Positions 1-12,162 of a DNA stretch of 64,000 nucleotides are shown one piece after another. This stretch comes from Lama glama (Eukaryota): NCBI GenBank assembly GCA_028534125.1, contig CM052816.1, positions 40,984,001 through 41,048,000 of the forward strand, in the 5' to 3' direction. The position numbers and the translations under genes were made by a program. A model generated the notes under the pieces. It saw only the letters and a list, made by a program, of their open reading frames with translations. It had not been told where the DNA came from and made no database searches. Position 1 is the stretch's first letter. Every line of letters starts with the position of its first letter.

Positions 1-654
1 CAAACAGGTGACAGCCTCGACTCTGGAGCAACGTTTAAGAGGCGCTGAATTAACAACCTGATTCTTTACTCTTTGAAACATCATCCAACTGAGGGAAGAT
101 GATTTTCCTTGCTTTGTGCATGTGAACTTTCTAATTAAAGAAACTTCTCTGATCGTTTCCCTCAAACAGATGGAGCTTGACTTTTCCAAGGAAAACTGCC
201 ACTGATCTCTAGGAGATGGCAACTTTATACATTCTTTTCTCTGCTTGGTTTTTATCTGTCTCCAGTAATTGTGATTCTGATTTATCAGTTCCAACGCTCA
301 AGCTATTAGCTGACCAAACTCAGCTCTCAGTGAAGCATATGGAGCTAAGTCAGAGATTTTTGGGGTTTTTTAATGAAAAACAAAACATGTTGGAGCACAC
401 TGAATGTGTACGCCCTCTATAAACAATGTGCCAAAATCATTCTTAATTAACATTTAGGTATATGTCAGGTTTGCCATTTCATTATCAAACCTAAAAATTC
501 TTAGCATTTTAATAAATGCTCACAATTAACACAGGCTGAAAATAAAATGAAAGTGTTCTTGAGATAAATATTGAGATTTAATAAACTAATAAATGAAAAA
601 TTTTTCAATTATATAGAACATATGTTATCTTGGTTAAATATCACAGAATTAAAA

Positions 655-790
655 TAGAGATTCATGCTTCAGAGCATGGGCTTTCAACAGAATATTTGGA
701 ATCAAATTCTGGCTTTGTGACTCACTGGTTTGTGGTAATGGACAAGTTAATTAATCATATTATGCCTTGTTTTTCTCAAACCTCAGATGG
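655..790 (+). mobile_element. MIR SINE fragment (5' half/core)
   Basis: 'agagcatgggcttt...ggaatcaaattctggctttgtgactcactggtttgtggtaatggacaagttaattaatc...gccttgtttttctca' resembles the degenerate MIR core. Confidence 0.65.
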
Positions 791-1489
791 GCATGGTGGA
801 GGACAGCTGAAAATCCTCCATGTTCCAGAGTCAGGCAATTGCTTTGGAAACCACATGACAACTCACCCTGAGTCACAGTATAAATGTCCAGCACTTGCAT
901 GAGCCATGTGTTGAGATGGGTAAGGAACACAGCACACACTCTGTGAAGGTGGATATGAAGGCTGATATGTTAGCAAGAGGCTTTGAGCTTATGCATAATT
1001 GCAGATTCTGAACATAAGACATCAACAATTACTTACATCTAGAAATGAGAGAAAGATATTTTGCTGATTTATTTGTGGAATTTTAAAAATGTACTGTCCT
1101 ACCATGAAACCTATAGCTTGTCTTACTAAGAGAATTAAGATGTCAGCCTATCATCAACAAAAAGCAAAGACAGATGGAGTAGGTCTTTGAAAACTGATTA
1201 TAATTTTTCTTCTTAAAAAGCAAGATGCATCATTGATACTGATGCTCATAGTTAACCAGGAAATCAGCCTGGACCCCAAGAGTTCACCTGGGCAGTGCAC
1301 ACACTCCAGTCATGACTTCCCAGAATATGCATCATATTCGCTTCCTTTTACTTTCTGATGATCTGAGGCAGTGTTGGTATTTCCCTAAAGCTTCTTTCTC
1401 CAAGTTTTTCTATAGATTCTTTTTCTTCCAGTAATTCTTAAGTGAACATAAGTGGACGTAGCTTATATAAAGGATTTTATTCTTAAAGC

Positions 1490-1633
1490 CATAGGATTAA
1501 TACTTATATTTCACTCTAGGAGTTAGTGTGTGAGTTAAATAGGATGATACACATAACATGTTTAGCCCAGAGCCTGGCTTTTTGTGAGTAGTATACACAA
1601 GTTACCCATCATCACTGTCATTATTATGACCAT
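1490..1633 (+). mobile_element. MIR SINE 3' fragment
   Basis: 'gtgtgagttaaataggatgatacacataacatgtttagcccagagcctggc...' ending in a tcat/ttat tail resembles the MIR 3' end. Confidence 0.55.
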
Positions 1634-2347
1634 TGAGGCAGGAGGGAAGGGGGCAGGGCACAACCACTAAAAGAATGACACAGCAATTAACACCAAGATG
1701 GTGGAAGATTCATCTCCCAGGAGACCCTGAGATTCAATATACGCTCACTGAAATATAATAGCATGCTAAATGGCACTCCCAAAGGTGCCATGACAGTTTC
1801 AAGCTGGCCATAAAAGGTCAGAAAGTAGGTGATGGCCCAGTTCCTGGGAATCCCAGCCCCTTCCCCAAAGTAGTTGGAATAATCCTCCCACTTGTTAGCA
1901 TATGAAGTGACCGAGCCCATAAAAACTAACAACCCCCACACCTCGTGGCCAGTCTCACTTTCCCTTTCCTATACGACCCCAAGCTCTGAGGCCACTCTCC
2001 CTTCTGAGTAAGATGGCCCACATTCTGCCTGTGGAATGTGTATTTTCTAGGCCTTTCTCTTGCCTTTTAAGAAGGCCTATACTCCGTCTATGGAGTGTGT
2101 ATCTACTTTAACTTACTTTAACCTCCCCACCCACAATACCTCATGGCTTCTCTGGCCTTCTAAGACAGACTGCACTCTGTCTATGGCGTGTGTATCTCTC
2201 CAAATAAATCTACCTTCACTGTACTATGGCTTACTCTTGAATTCTTTCCTGCATGAAGCCAAGTACCCTTGTTTGGCTGGGCACATCCCAGCGACTCATC
2301 TGAGACCTGTGATATGGCCATTCTCTCGCACCCCCCATTTCTCCCAT

Positions 2348-2351
<4 letters not shown>
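1634..2351 (+). mobile_element. ERV1-like solo LTR
   Basis: TG at 1634 and CA at 2350-2351; AATAAA at 2203-2208; flanks CCAT/TCAT fit a 4-bp TSD with one mismatch; internal repeated motifs. Confidence 0.75.

Positions 2352-2383
<32 letters not shown>
2348..2383. repeat. (ATC)12 microsatellite
   Basis: 12 perfect ATC units; explains the poly-Ile run in ORF 2060..2437. Confidence 0.97.
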
Positions 2384-2384
<1 letters not shown>

Positions 2385-3205
2385 CTACATGTCAGACACA
2401 GTTCTCATACCAGAGGATGCAGAATGAACAAGACTGATTTGGGCATTACCCTCTGGGAGTTGACATTTTATTGGGGACAACAACAAACAAATCATGTTAA
2501 AAAAATAAATACATGTCAAAAGTAAATATGCCCCAAAAAACTCAGAGTGTGAAACATGCTATGAAGAAAGTGAACATGACTCTGAGCTACAGCAAAGTTG
2601 GAGATGACAAGTTTATAAATAGGAGAGCTAGGAAAGACTTCTTTGAGGCAATGCTACTGAGCTAAAACCTGAAGTGTGAATATTAAAGAGCAAGTTGAAC
2701 ATTCAAAGAACTAGGAGAAGACCAACTCAGCAAATCTTAAACAGCAAAGGAAAAACAGTGGAGGCTGGAAAGAGCATAGTTATATAAAGAAGACAAACAA
2801 TGCCAACATACAAAAAGCACAGTAAATGAGGAAGCAGAAGATATGAGAAGAGGCCACAGATGGAGGCAAAGTCAAGATGGTATAAAATATCATCAGTAAG
2901 AAAATGAGTTAGGATGTCATCTTACTACAAATGAAAAGCCATTGAACAGTTTTAAATGAAGGTTTATCATGCTTTGATTTATTTTCAAAATGATCAAGAC
3001 TACTGTCAGCTGAGCAGCAAGGGGTCAAAGGTGGAAGCACTGGTGACCAGACCAGTAGGATGGTTGTATCTTAGATCACTTGCGATTTGGAGAATGATTT
3101 ATTGTTTAAAGAATGAAATACACTATGAGAGAGAGGTGGGAAGATGACAGGAGACAGGACTCCCTATCAAGAGGGTGCTGCAGGAATCCAGGTGAGAGGT
3201 AACAG
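2385..3205 (-). mobile_element. L2 LINE fragments
   Basis: Antisense L2-like motifs such as 'gaaaagccattgaacagttttaa' and 'atccaggtgagag'; heavily decayed. Confidence 0.6.
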
Positions 3206-3752
3206 TGGGAAACTAACAAAACGGCTTCCCTGATGCTAAAGCTGTTTGCTGATTCATTCTGACTTAAATTCTTACAACTTGTTTTTCTCTTTCCTCTGAC
3301 GAATCTCCACCTCTTCACTTGCTCAACTGCATTTGTGCTAACCCTAACCTTTCCATTACACTCACCAGTCCCTATATACTCTTTGCCCAGAATAGCTTAT
3401 CCTTTAACCCAGCAGCTGTATTCCAGGAAGATGGTCACAGGCTGATAGCCTCAGAAGAATGAACAGACCCCCCAGAGTTTCTCTGTGATGCCAGGTGGAT
3501 TAATCAAAACTGAGAGGAACACAGCACCCCCCAAACACCCACATTATTGTCGCCTTTCTGTTCCATCCAGTTTTTCTATAAAACCTCAGGACATCAACCC
3601 CAAGATGGATTCACAGTCTCTGCGGCATTCGCCTGCTGTGACTCCCCATGCCTGGCCAAGCAATAAAGCTGCTCTTTTCTAATTCTCCCAAAACTCTGCT
3701 TTCAAGTCTCAATTTAGCTATCAGGGTTCAGAGGCCAGTTTTTTGGGTAACA
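3206..3752 (+). mobile_element. ERV-type solo LTR inserted in L2
   Basis: TATAAAA at 3577-3583, AATAAA at 3662-3667, terminal 'ggtaaca' at 3752; L2-like sequence resumes afterwards; left boundary approximate. Confidence 0.7.
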
Positions 3753-4110
3753 ATAATAACCTAAGCAAAGTAAAGATAAAGAGAAATGGGTGAGTTTGGG
3801 GGCTCCTCAAGTGGAGGAACAAGGGATATTTTACCCGTGATTAGAAGTCAGCAGTGAAGAAGACAGAGTCAAAGATTACCTGCAAGTTCTTAGCTTACAC
3901 GAACAAGTAAAAATCAGGGCCATCCACTGGTATCCTGCACCATGTCTACAAAGGAGAAGCTGACTTCATTGAAAGACAATGCGTCTGTGTGTATAACACA
4001 CAGGATAATCAAAGAGGTATGTCCAGTAGGCAGTTGGATAAATGGAGCTGAAGCTATAGAGATAAATCTGAGATGAGTATACATATGTATGGCATCCCCA
4101 ATCAGAACAG
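3753..4110 (-). mobile_element. L2 LINE fragment
   Basis: 'gtccagtaggcagttggataaatggagctgaagc...gagataaatctgag' resembles antisense L2. Confidence 0.6.
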
Positions 4111-4499
4111 ATCCTCACCTCAGCACCAGAGCAGGGTCCCAGAGGCTCCCCACTGTTCAAGAAAATAACCCCTTAGAGAATAAACTGCCAGGGCCCATGA
4201 GGGTCCTTGGGATAGGGGAAGGCAGCGAACGCAGTGTTGGGAGCGGGGAGCGGGGTCAGGAGTGACACAGGGAGGGACTGTTTTGCAATCAATGCAAGAA
4301 CAATTCAATAATTTGTCACATTGTTCATCCTCACTGACGCACATCAGTGGAATGTTATTCCTACTAATCATGTTAAGAATATCAGCATAAAAGTGGCAAT
4401 TTAAGCCATAGTTGTGGTTGACACCAACTGGCATCAAATAAGAAATTTCCCCTATGATTAGCACCAGTCTTCCAGGATAGGCTAAAGAATCTCCAGGTC

Positions 4500-6063
4500 T
4501 TGTTCCTTCCTTGGGAGCTGATGAGTAGAAGACACGGAAAGGCCCAGCCCAACCTAGAATCATCAGAGTAAACCACTGCTCCACAGCAGAGCTTCAGAGG
4601 ACACCATCCAAGTGACAGAGATAAACTGAGGTCAGTTTCTCTGCACTGTGGAAGCTGTAATGGCAGAAGCACCTTGGAAACATTGATGGACACAGATGAA
4701 AACAAGCCCCAAGGAAAGCTTGGTCTTTTCAACCAAAGAAATAGGAAATAGGCAGCCTAGATGAAAAACTTTTACATAAAAACTGTTCTACTCCAGCCAA
4801 ATACCACTGAGTAAAACTGAAGCCTCACCTCCCTCCGCAGCAGTAAAGACTGAATGGAGAGCCTAAACCTCCACCCTGCCAAGCTGTACCAAGGTATCCC
4901 AATTTCCCTATTGCTCTGGGACCACAGAGGACCAAATGGGGAGACTTTTCCCCTCTAACGTATGATTACTTCCACCTGTCCCCATCTCGGTCAGTGGAAA
5001 CCACAGGTTGAATCTACACTTTCAACCCCAGCCAGAACCCAGGGCCACTCACCCTCCCCATGGAAGTGGTGTCAGAGCAGGCCCAGCAGGACTTTCCACA
5101 CTGCTCAGCAGTAAGAGGCCACCCACCCTCTCACACAGCCCCCCACAGTATCAGGCATTCTTCCTCCCTCTCCCAGCCAGGTGTTACCAGCAGGGGCCCA
5201 GTAGGAATCCTGGATTCTCATCCTGCCACTCCAACTCAGTATGAATAAAGAGCCCCTCCCCTTCCTCTTGTCAGAACCTGGACTTCCATCCCTGCCTGGT
5301 CACAGCAGAGCAACATCTGCTTTCCCCACCAGGGCTGGGTCAGAGGCCTGCTCCAACACAATTTAAGTAAGACCCAGTCTCATCATATAATGCCCCAAAT
5401 GTTCCAGGTTTCAATGGCAAATCAATGCTAAAATTATCTAACAAAAATATGAAATCAGCCATAATAACAATTCTTCAATAAGTGACTGCAAATACATTTA
5501 ATTCAAACAAATGAATAAAAAAATAGGAAGAATCAGTAAAAAACCAGAACATATAGATAACCCCCAAATTTTGGAACTGAAGAATACAGTGCTCAAAATA
5601 ATACAACTCCCAGTGCATGGGCTCAAGAGCAGAAAGGAGAACACAGAGGGAGAAACAAAATCTGCCAACTTGAAAATAGGACAATAGCCAATCTGAACAA
5701 TGAAGGGAAATGAGACTGAGAAAAAAATCCAGAGAGACTCAAAAGCGGCTATATTCATAGGTATGAATATGAAGAGGTAACACTGGAGGTATTTTGTGGG
5801 GCTATTTTGTGGTGATAGGTTTTCAATTTTAGTAGTGGGTGACATGAATCCACATGATGTGACAAACGACACAGAACCACATATACATGTTATATGATTA
5901 TGCCAATATCAATTTTATAGTTTTGATTTTGTGCTATAATTAGATAAATTATAGCCGTTTGTTGAAACTGGGTGAGGGGGACACAGAACCTCTCTCTGCT
6001 ATCTTTTCAAATCCCTATGAATCTAAGTTTACTTCAAAATAAAAGATTTTAAGAAGAAAAAAA
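4500..6063 (+). mobile_element. Old L1 (L1MC/L1MD-like): 5' UTR plus start of ORF1 joined to a 3' end
   Basis: C-rich repeated 5'UTR-like motifs at ~4700-5350; ORF1-like A-rich segment at ~5450-5745; L1MC-like 3' end 'gaaactgggtgagggggacacagaacctctct...tcaaaataaaag' plus A tail. Confidence 0.65.
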
Positions 6064-6149
6064 TACTAGTCAGACATTCTAACTTTTTTAAAGGAAAGAT
6101 TAAATAGATTATTGATATTAAAGTGATATTAAAGTGATTTATTTCTAAA

Positions 6150-7000
6150 ACAGTACTTTCAGCTTTCTCCTTGTCCTTTTTTTGTTCCCCTCTCCTTTTT
6201 TAAGAATTATTGAGGGTTATTTTTTCTTCATTTCATATTTTTTCTGTACTATTTCCATATTATAACATTTAAACTTATTCTGCTGGTTATATTTTCTATT
6301 TCCGTATGCTTATTTAACTGAACAAAGTATTAAATTGATCAAAAGTTAAATAATTTTTCAAAAACATTAAAGGGCCTCTGAATAATCTCTTCCTGTTACA
6401 TAGGCTGTTTTGTCTAATAGTTTAATTCTAGCACTTTTTATGCCACAATTAATTTTTTTCCAATGTTTAATGCTTATGCATATATTTATCAGTATCTCTT
6501 TTTATCCTTTCTTCCATTATAAGCCTTCTATGTGATACTATTTTTCTACCTTTTTTATCTAAGTATATTCTTTAGAATTTCTTTTAGCCTGTGTTTATTG
6601 GTAGTAAACTCCAGGTTTTTATTTTCCTGAAGATATTTTTATTTCTCCTTCACAACTGAAATTATTCATCTAAGTATTGAATTCTAGGTTGACAGCTACA
6701 TTATCTCAGCACATTGAAGGAATAATTCCATTGTCCTCTGTCTCCTAATACTGTTGATGAATATAAATTGATTATCAATCACTGTTCTTTTATAATTGAT
6801 CTGTTTTCTTCTCTGGCAGCTTTTAAAATATTTCTCTTTTGGTTTGTTGTTCTGCAGTTTCACTGTGACATTTTTCAGTAAAGATTTGTTTTTGTATGTC
6901 CTACTTAAGTGTCACTGATCTTCCAGAATATCAAGTTTTTGTTTATCAAAAATTTTGGAAAATTCTAAGGAATTTTATTTTCTATTATTTTTTCCACCCT
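6150..7000 (-). mobile_element. Old L1 (L1ME-like) fragment
   Basis: T-rich antisense L1 ORF1-like sequence, e.g. 'tctctggcagcttttaaaatatttctctttt...ttctgcagtttcactgtgac'. Confidence 0.6.
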
Positions 7001-7750
7001 GCCCCCTTATACTGAACACCATGATCAAAGCAGGAAGTTTCCTATTCTTTCATTCATACTTTAGAGCCAAAATCCAGCTTTGGTCCTCTCTTACCTCCCG
7101 TAGTTTACCTCATTAGGAATTCTGGAAATTCCTTACTGTTACATGAGTTGTAACATGCTTGGATTTTTTTTCTATATTTTAACTGACCTTAAAAAAAATT
7201 AACTACATATATTTAATTTTCACACTGCCAGAAGGAAAGTCTATTTTAAGTCACATTTCCATCTGTTTTAATGCAATAAATTAAGTACCATAATTTGGAT
7301 ATTCAATGTATAGGATTCAGAGAGAGCATGACAGCCTTCCATACATGGAAGATGATATGTACTAAGTTTTTGAAAGGAAAATGAAAATATTAAGCTGGGC
7401 AATAGTCAGAGGAAAAACACTCCCAACAAATCCCAACAAATCCAAAATAATTTTATCAAATAATTTGATTCAACAGTTAATTCAAAATTAACTTTAATTC
7501 TTAGAGTATTTTTACTTCATCATTTTTTATTCATTTTATATAAAGGGAAATATCCTAAATATATTATTTGTTTTTCTTCACTCCTGGTCATAATTGTTCT
7601 TTAAAGTTTATGATAAATTGATTTCTAGGTGATTCTAATGATTCTAATAAACGATTATATATATTTGAGTGTTAGGTACAAGTAAAGGGTTTATATAACA
7701 GAGTTTTGAAAATTATCATATACATTTCTGAAAGCTTACAATTTCATTGG

Positions 7751-10048
7751 AGTAGTAGACTAAAATGACCACAAATTCTTTGACACTCTCATTCAAGTTA
7801 GGTCTAATTGCCTTCTCTCTGAACCTGGACTGTCCTCTGTGAATTGTTTTACCAAGAGGATGTCAGAAGATACTTTTGAGGTTGTGCCATAAACCTTGCA
7901 ACTTCAACCCGGGTCTTCGGCTTACATTGGCTGTGGGATCACATGATGGGTGGAAGTTAGAAAGGCACTGAGGAAATTACTGGTGAGGACAGAAAGTCGG
8001 AAAAGAAAAGGTTATCTACAGCTGCAGAAAAGGACACCCACGTTCTGTACTGACAAGAAAGTCGGTGAAACTACTGCTTTGGGTAATAAGAAAACTATGA
8101 GTACCTAGTGATCTCCATGATCTGGATACAGAGATTTCCAGGCAGATGTTGAAAGCGCCAATTGCCTGGCTGTTTATGAAAAGTATCAGATGATAGAGAT
8201 AAACTAAAGAAAGAACGGTTTAGTTTTTGAATAGTATTTGGAGGAAATAGGAAAGAGCCAGGACCTTCTCATTTCAAAAATAAAGCAACTTCTCCACTGT
8301 AGTCTCTCCCAGCAAAAGACTTAAAGAACGAAATGGTCTCAGAGCAAACATGAAATCCAGCATGACACCAGAAAAGTACATTTCCAAGGTACAGATCACA
8401 AGAGTATGACTATACAATCCTTTGTAAGTCTTCATAAAGAATTAACAGAGAATCTAAAAGGCTTCAAAAAAAAAAAAAAAAGATCTGGGACCTGCTCAGT
8501 TATTCAAGAGAATTTCTAAGAATCTTAAAGGCATGCCTTATAGACAGTTCTCCTTCACAAATGTTCCCAAAATTCTGAGTGACACTGTTCCTTAGCACCC
8601 TGCTCAAGAAAGATCTGTTTTAAAAAGGAAATATGAATATGGATTTTGTCAAATATAGTTAATTTTACTTTGGTACACTGATGCTCACAATGGTTTTAAT
8701 GGAATTGTACCAATGTGAACTTAACATGACACATCAATACAAAATTAAAAGATGCCTTAGGCCCTAAACTTCTACCCGTCAGGAAAAAGACTAGGAAGGC
8801 TTCTTAGTTGCAAACTTCAGTTAAATGCCGTAAGGAGTAAGTCCCAGGCAGTAGAACTACGTTTTCATCAAGGAACTGGTGATAGATACACGGTCAGATT
8901 TCAAATTGCTATGGACCAGTGACAGCTCTGAACCTCTTATTCTTCCCTTTTCAATTGGGAATGAATACTGTGAGCATGCTATCTCTTTTTCACCATGCAT
9001 GCTGGGTTTTTGGGAAACATGTATGTTTTATTTTTTAAGGCTCAAGTCTTCAGCTTCAAAGATCTATTCAAGCAACTGTAATAGGAAAGAACAAATCTGA
9101 CTGACTGTTCTTCTAGCTCTGTGTCCTGTTTCCTGTGCTTAGTCATGCTGGTTCCATACCTTTTGTAAGAGATTGCATCTAGCCTGAAACACACACGATA
9201 GCCCATTTTCAAGTCTCTGACTTTTAAGGGTATAACACTTTTCCATTCACAGAGATAAAAAGTTGCAGAACATAGAATAACATTTGTCATATTGGAGGTT
9301 TGCAGGAACATGGTGACCTGACCTACCTGGACAGCTGCAAGAACAAAGGATTTGGACACCAAGAAGTTTGCGACAACCAACCACAGACCCTCCCCTTTTT
9401 AGTATTAAAAAAAAGCCTAAATTCTGACTTGGGTAAGATGGTTCTCTAGGACTTTGTTCTCCATCTTCTCAGTCTACAGTCTATTGACTTTCCAAATAAA
9501 GTTGTTATTCCTTGCCCCAATTCTTCATCTCCTGATTTATTGGCCTGTCATGTGGCGAGCAGAACAAGTTTGGACTTGGTAGCACAACTGGACCTAAGGA
9601 GCCTCCTCTGTACCTGCACCTCATTTAGGTAACACCATCTTGAGCCTGAAGCCTGAGTGTGACATCTTTAATGCATAAATACATTCAGGTTCTTGAGAAG
9701 TAAGAGTGTATTTCACAAGTGGGAATAAAGTAACTGTAAATTCATCTCCCCTTCCTTCTGGGCTGGCCTTTGTAACTGGCTTGATGAGAACATGACTTAA
9801 GTGATACTCTGAAGTTTCAAGGGAAAGTCATGAGAAGGTATGCATACTTTGCCTTGCAACTCTTTGATTGTTCATACTTGGACTGCTTCCTCTTCAAATC
9901 CAGATGCCATGCTGTGAAAATACCATGTCTTCCAGCTTCAGAAGGACACCCAGCTAATGGCTAGCATCAACTGCCAGCAACAAGAGTGTCACCCTGGGTG
10001 CTAAGCCCAGTTGAGCCATTCCAATTATTGTAGCCCAGCCAATACCTT
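7751..10048 (+). mobile_element. MaLR (MLT1G/H-like) element: partial 5' LTR, internal region, partial 3' LTR
   Basis: Starts 'tgaccacaaattctttgacactc'; MLT1-int motif 'gagatttccaggcagatgttgaa'; second LTR-like segment at ~9735-10048 ('gccatgctgtga', 'agcatcaactgccag'). Confidence 0.7.
9077..9584 (+). mobile_element. ERV1-class solo LTR nested in the MaLR internal region
   Basis: TG...CA termini; perfect 4-bp TSD CAAC (9073-9076 and 9585-9588); AATAAA at 9495-9500. Confidence 0.88.
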
Positions 10049-10179
10049 GAAAAGGCTGTACCTAAAACAAGGGACAATGCCCCATGTAAAAGGGTTATTA
10101 TACTGCAGGAGCAAGACAAAATTAACATGGGACCTACCCCAACAGCAGTCTAATAGCAGGGCTCAATAAAATTAGAATG

Positions 10180-10900
10180 ACTAGAAGGAAATTTAACTTT
10201 AAATACATATATATTAGATAAGGCAAAATTTTGAGTGTCAGTTATCTAAGCCTCCATCTCAAAAATCAATAGAAAATAACTACAAGAAAAGGTCCTACTA
10301 TATAGCACAGGGAACCATATTCAATACCTTGTACTAACCTATAGAGAAAAATAATATGAAAAGGAATATATATATAAAATAATGCATAACTGAATTGCTA
10401 TGCTGTGCACCAGAAACTAACACAACATTGTAAATCAACTATATTTCAATTAAAAAAAAATAACAGCAAGAAAGGAAATTATAATGTAAGAGCAAAAATT
10501 AATGAAATTGAAAACATACCTAATAGAAAAAGAAATCTACAAAGGCGTAAGTTTGTTCTCTGTAAAGATTATTAGAAGTGATAAATATTTATCAAGACAG
10601 ATCAAGAAACAAAAAAGGAGAAAATACAATTATAAATATTAAAGTGAAAAAGGGGCTTAGGTACAAATCACAAGATACTCTCTTAATGAAAAGATATTAT
10701 GAACTATTTTATTCCAAAAAACTTTTAATTCAGATGAAAAAATTGTTGATAAACACAGGGTACTATAACTATCAAAATAATAATTAGAAAAACTAAATAG
10801 TCTTTTGTTTAATAAAATGAATTCATAATTTAAAATCTTCCACAAAGAAAACTCAATTTCAATTGACTTCAGTCATAAATTCTTCCAATTAAGGAATAAT
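10180..10900 (+). mobile_element. Old L1 ORF2 fragment
   Basis: A-rich decayed ORF2 motifs ('agagcaaaaattaatgaaattgaaaac', 'aaatcttccacaaagaaaactc'). Confidence 0.7.
10290..10456 (+). mobile_element. Artiodactyl/camelid-type L1 3' tail nested in an older L1
   Basis: 'ggtcctactatatagcacagggaac...ccagaaactaacacaacattgtaaatcaactat' plus polyA; ~17-bp TSD aaaataactacaagaaa (10273-10289) / aaaataacagcaagaaa (10457-10473). Confidence 0.85.
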
Positions 10901-11085
10901 CAATATTTCTAATATAACAATATTGCCAATATTATCAAAACTGTTCTACAAAATAATTTATATCTCCATCAAAAGGAATGTACATGTCAAAATCCACTGA
11001 GATTCAAAATACTGTAAGTTATTCTTCAATTAAAAAAAAAAAAAGACAGTAAAACAACCACACTGTCCACATGAGGGAATAGGAT

Positions 11086-11594
11086 TATATTAGTTTTCTA
11101 TTGCCATGTAACAAAATTACCCCATATTTAGAGGCTTAATGTAACATAACTTTATTATACTACAGTTTCTGTAGGTCAGGAGTCCAGGCAAAGCTAGCTG
11201 GGTTCTTCTAAAGTATTATAAGGCTGTAAATCCAAATTACAAAGGCTGTAGATTCCAATCCAATCAGCCAGGGTTGGGTTCTCATTCAGAGGCTGGACTG
11301 AGGAAGGATCTGCTTTCAATTTCACTTAAAATTGGAGAATTCACTTCCTTACTGCTGTAGGTTTCATAAAATTTCCTTCTTTTAAGCCTGCCACAAAGAC
11401 TCTACCAAGATCAGTTGTACACTCTTGTATAATCACACACCTTCATCACCATCAATCCATCACCTTTCATTTGGCATTTTTAATTAGTTAGAAACAAGCA
11501 ACAGGTCCTGCCACACCAAGGGAATGGGACTGCACAAAGGTGAGAGTCAGTACTAGGTGGATCCCGAGGCCATCTTAAAAGTCTGCCTACCACA
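11086..11594 (-). mobile_element. MLT1 (E/F-like) solo LTR
   Basis: Begins 'tatattagttttctattgcc' and ends 'ggccatcttaaaagtctgcctaccaca'; flanks aggat/atgat fit a 5-bp TSD with one mismatch. Confidence 0.8.
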
Positions 11595-12071
11595 ATGATG
11601 TGCACTTAGATTATATCCTTAACAAAAATGGGTGAAGGCTATACCCTTATGTAAAAAATGCCTCCCCATCATGTTTGAAACACAGCTGTGAGATAAGTCT
11701 GTAAAGGTAGATATCAAGTCAAAGCTGTGGTTCCTAGAATCACACCATCCACCACACAGGATCTAAGTGATATGATTGAATCCATCTGAATTCTCCACTC
11801 TTGACAGTAGAGCTTGACTGAAAGTTAGTTATGGGAGAGAATCAACATCAGAGAGAACAGTCCCTACAAGAATTTATCTTTAATATAAAATATACACAAA
11901 TTAAATTAAAATTTATTGGCAAATCAGCTTTTTGTGCTGCTAAACAGCTGGTATTAAATTGTTTTTGTCTAACAGTGTAGCTAATGAAATTGAAGCCACT
12001 TGGATACTGACTAAAAGGTTTTAAGAGAAAATTTTCAGACGACTAAGCCATGTCTAATATGTGGTTTACAC

Positions 12072-12162
12072 CTACTGTAAGATGTCATCTATTATATGCT
12101 GCATTCTAATGTAGTGGGGATGCAAAAATGAAAAAAATGTTTGTCTAGAGTCAATAATGTAC
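12072..12162. mobile_element. MER104-like (Tc2/mariner) DNA transposon relic
   Basis: 'tgtaagatgtcatctattatatgctgcatt...aaaaatgaaaaaaatgtttgtctagagtcaataatgtac' resembles my recall of the MER104 terminus. Confidence 0.45.

Noticed and set aside
2060..2437. 125-aa ORF with a poly-Ile run
   Set aside because: It is LTR sequence read through the (ATC)12 microsatellite.
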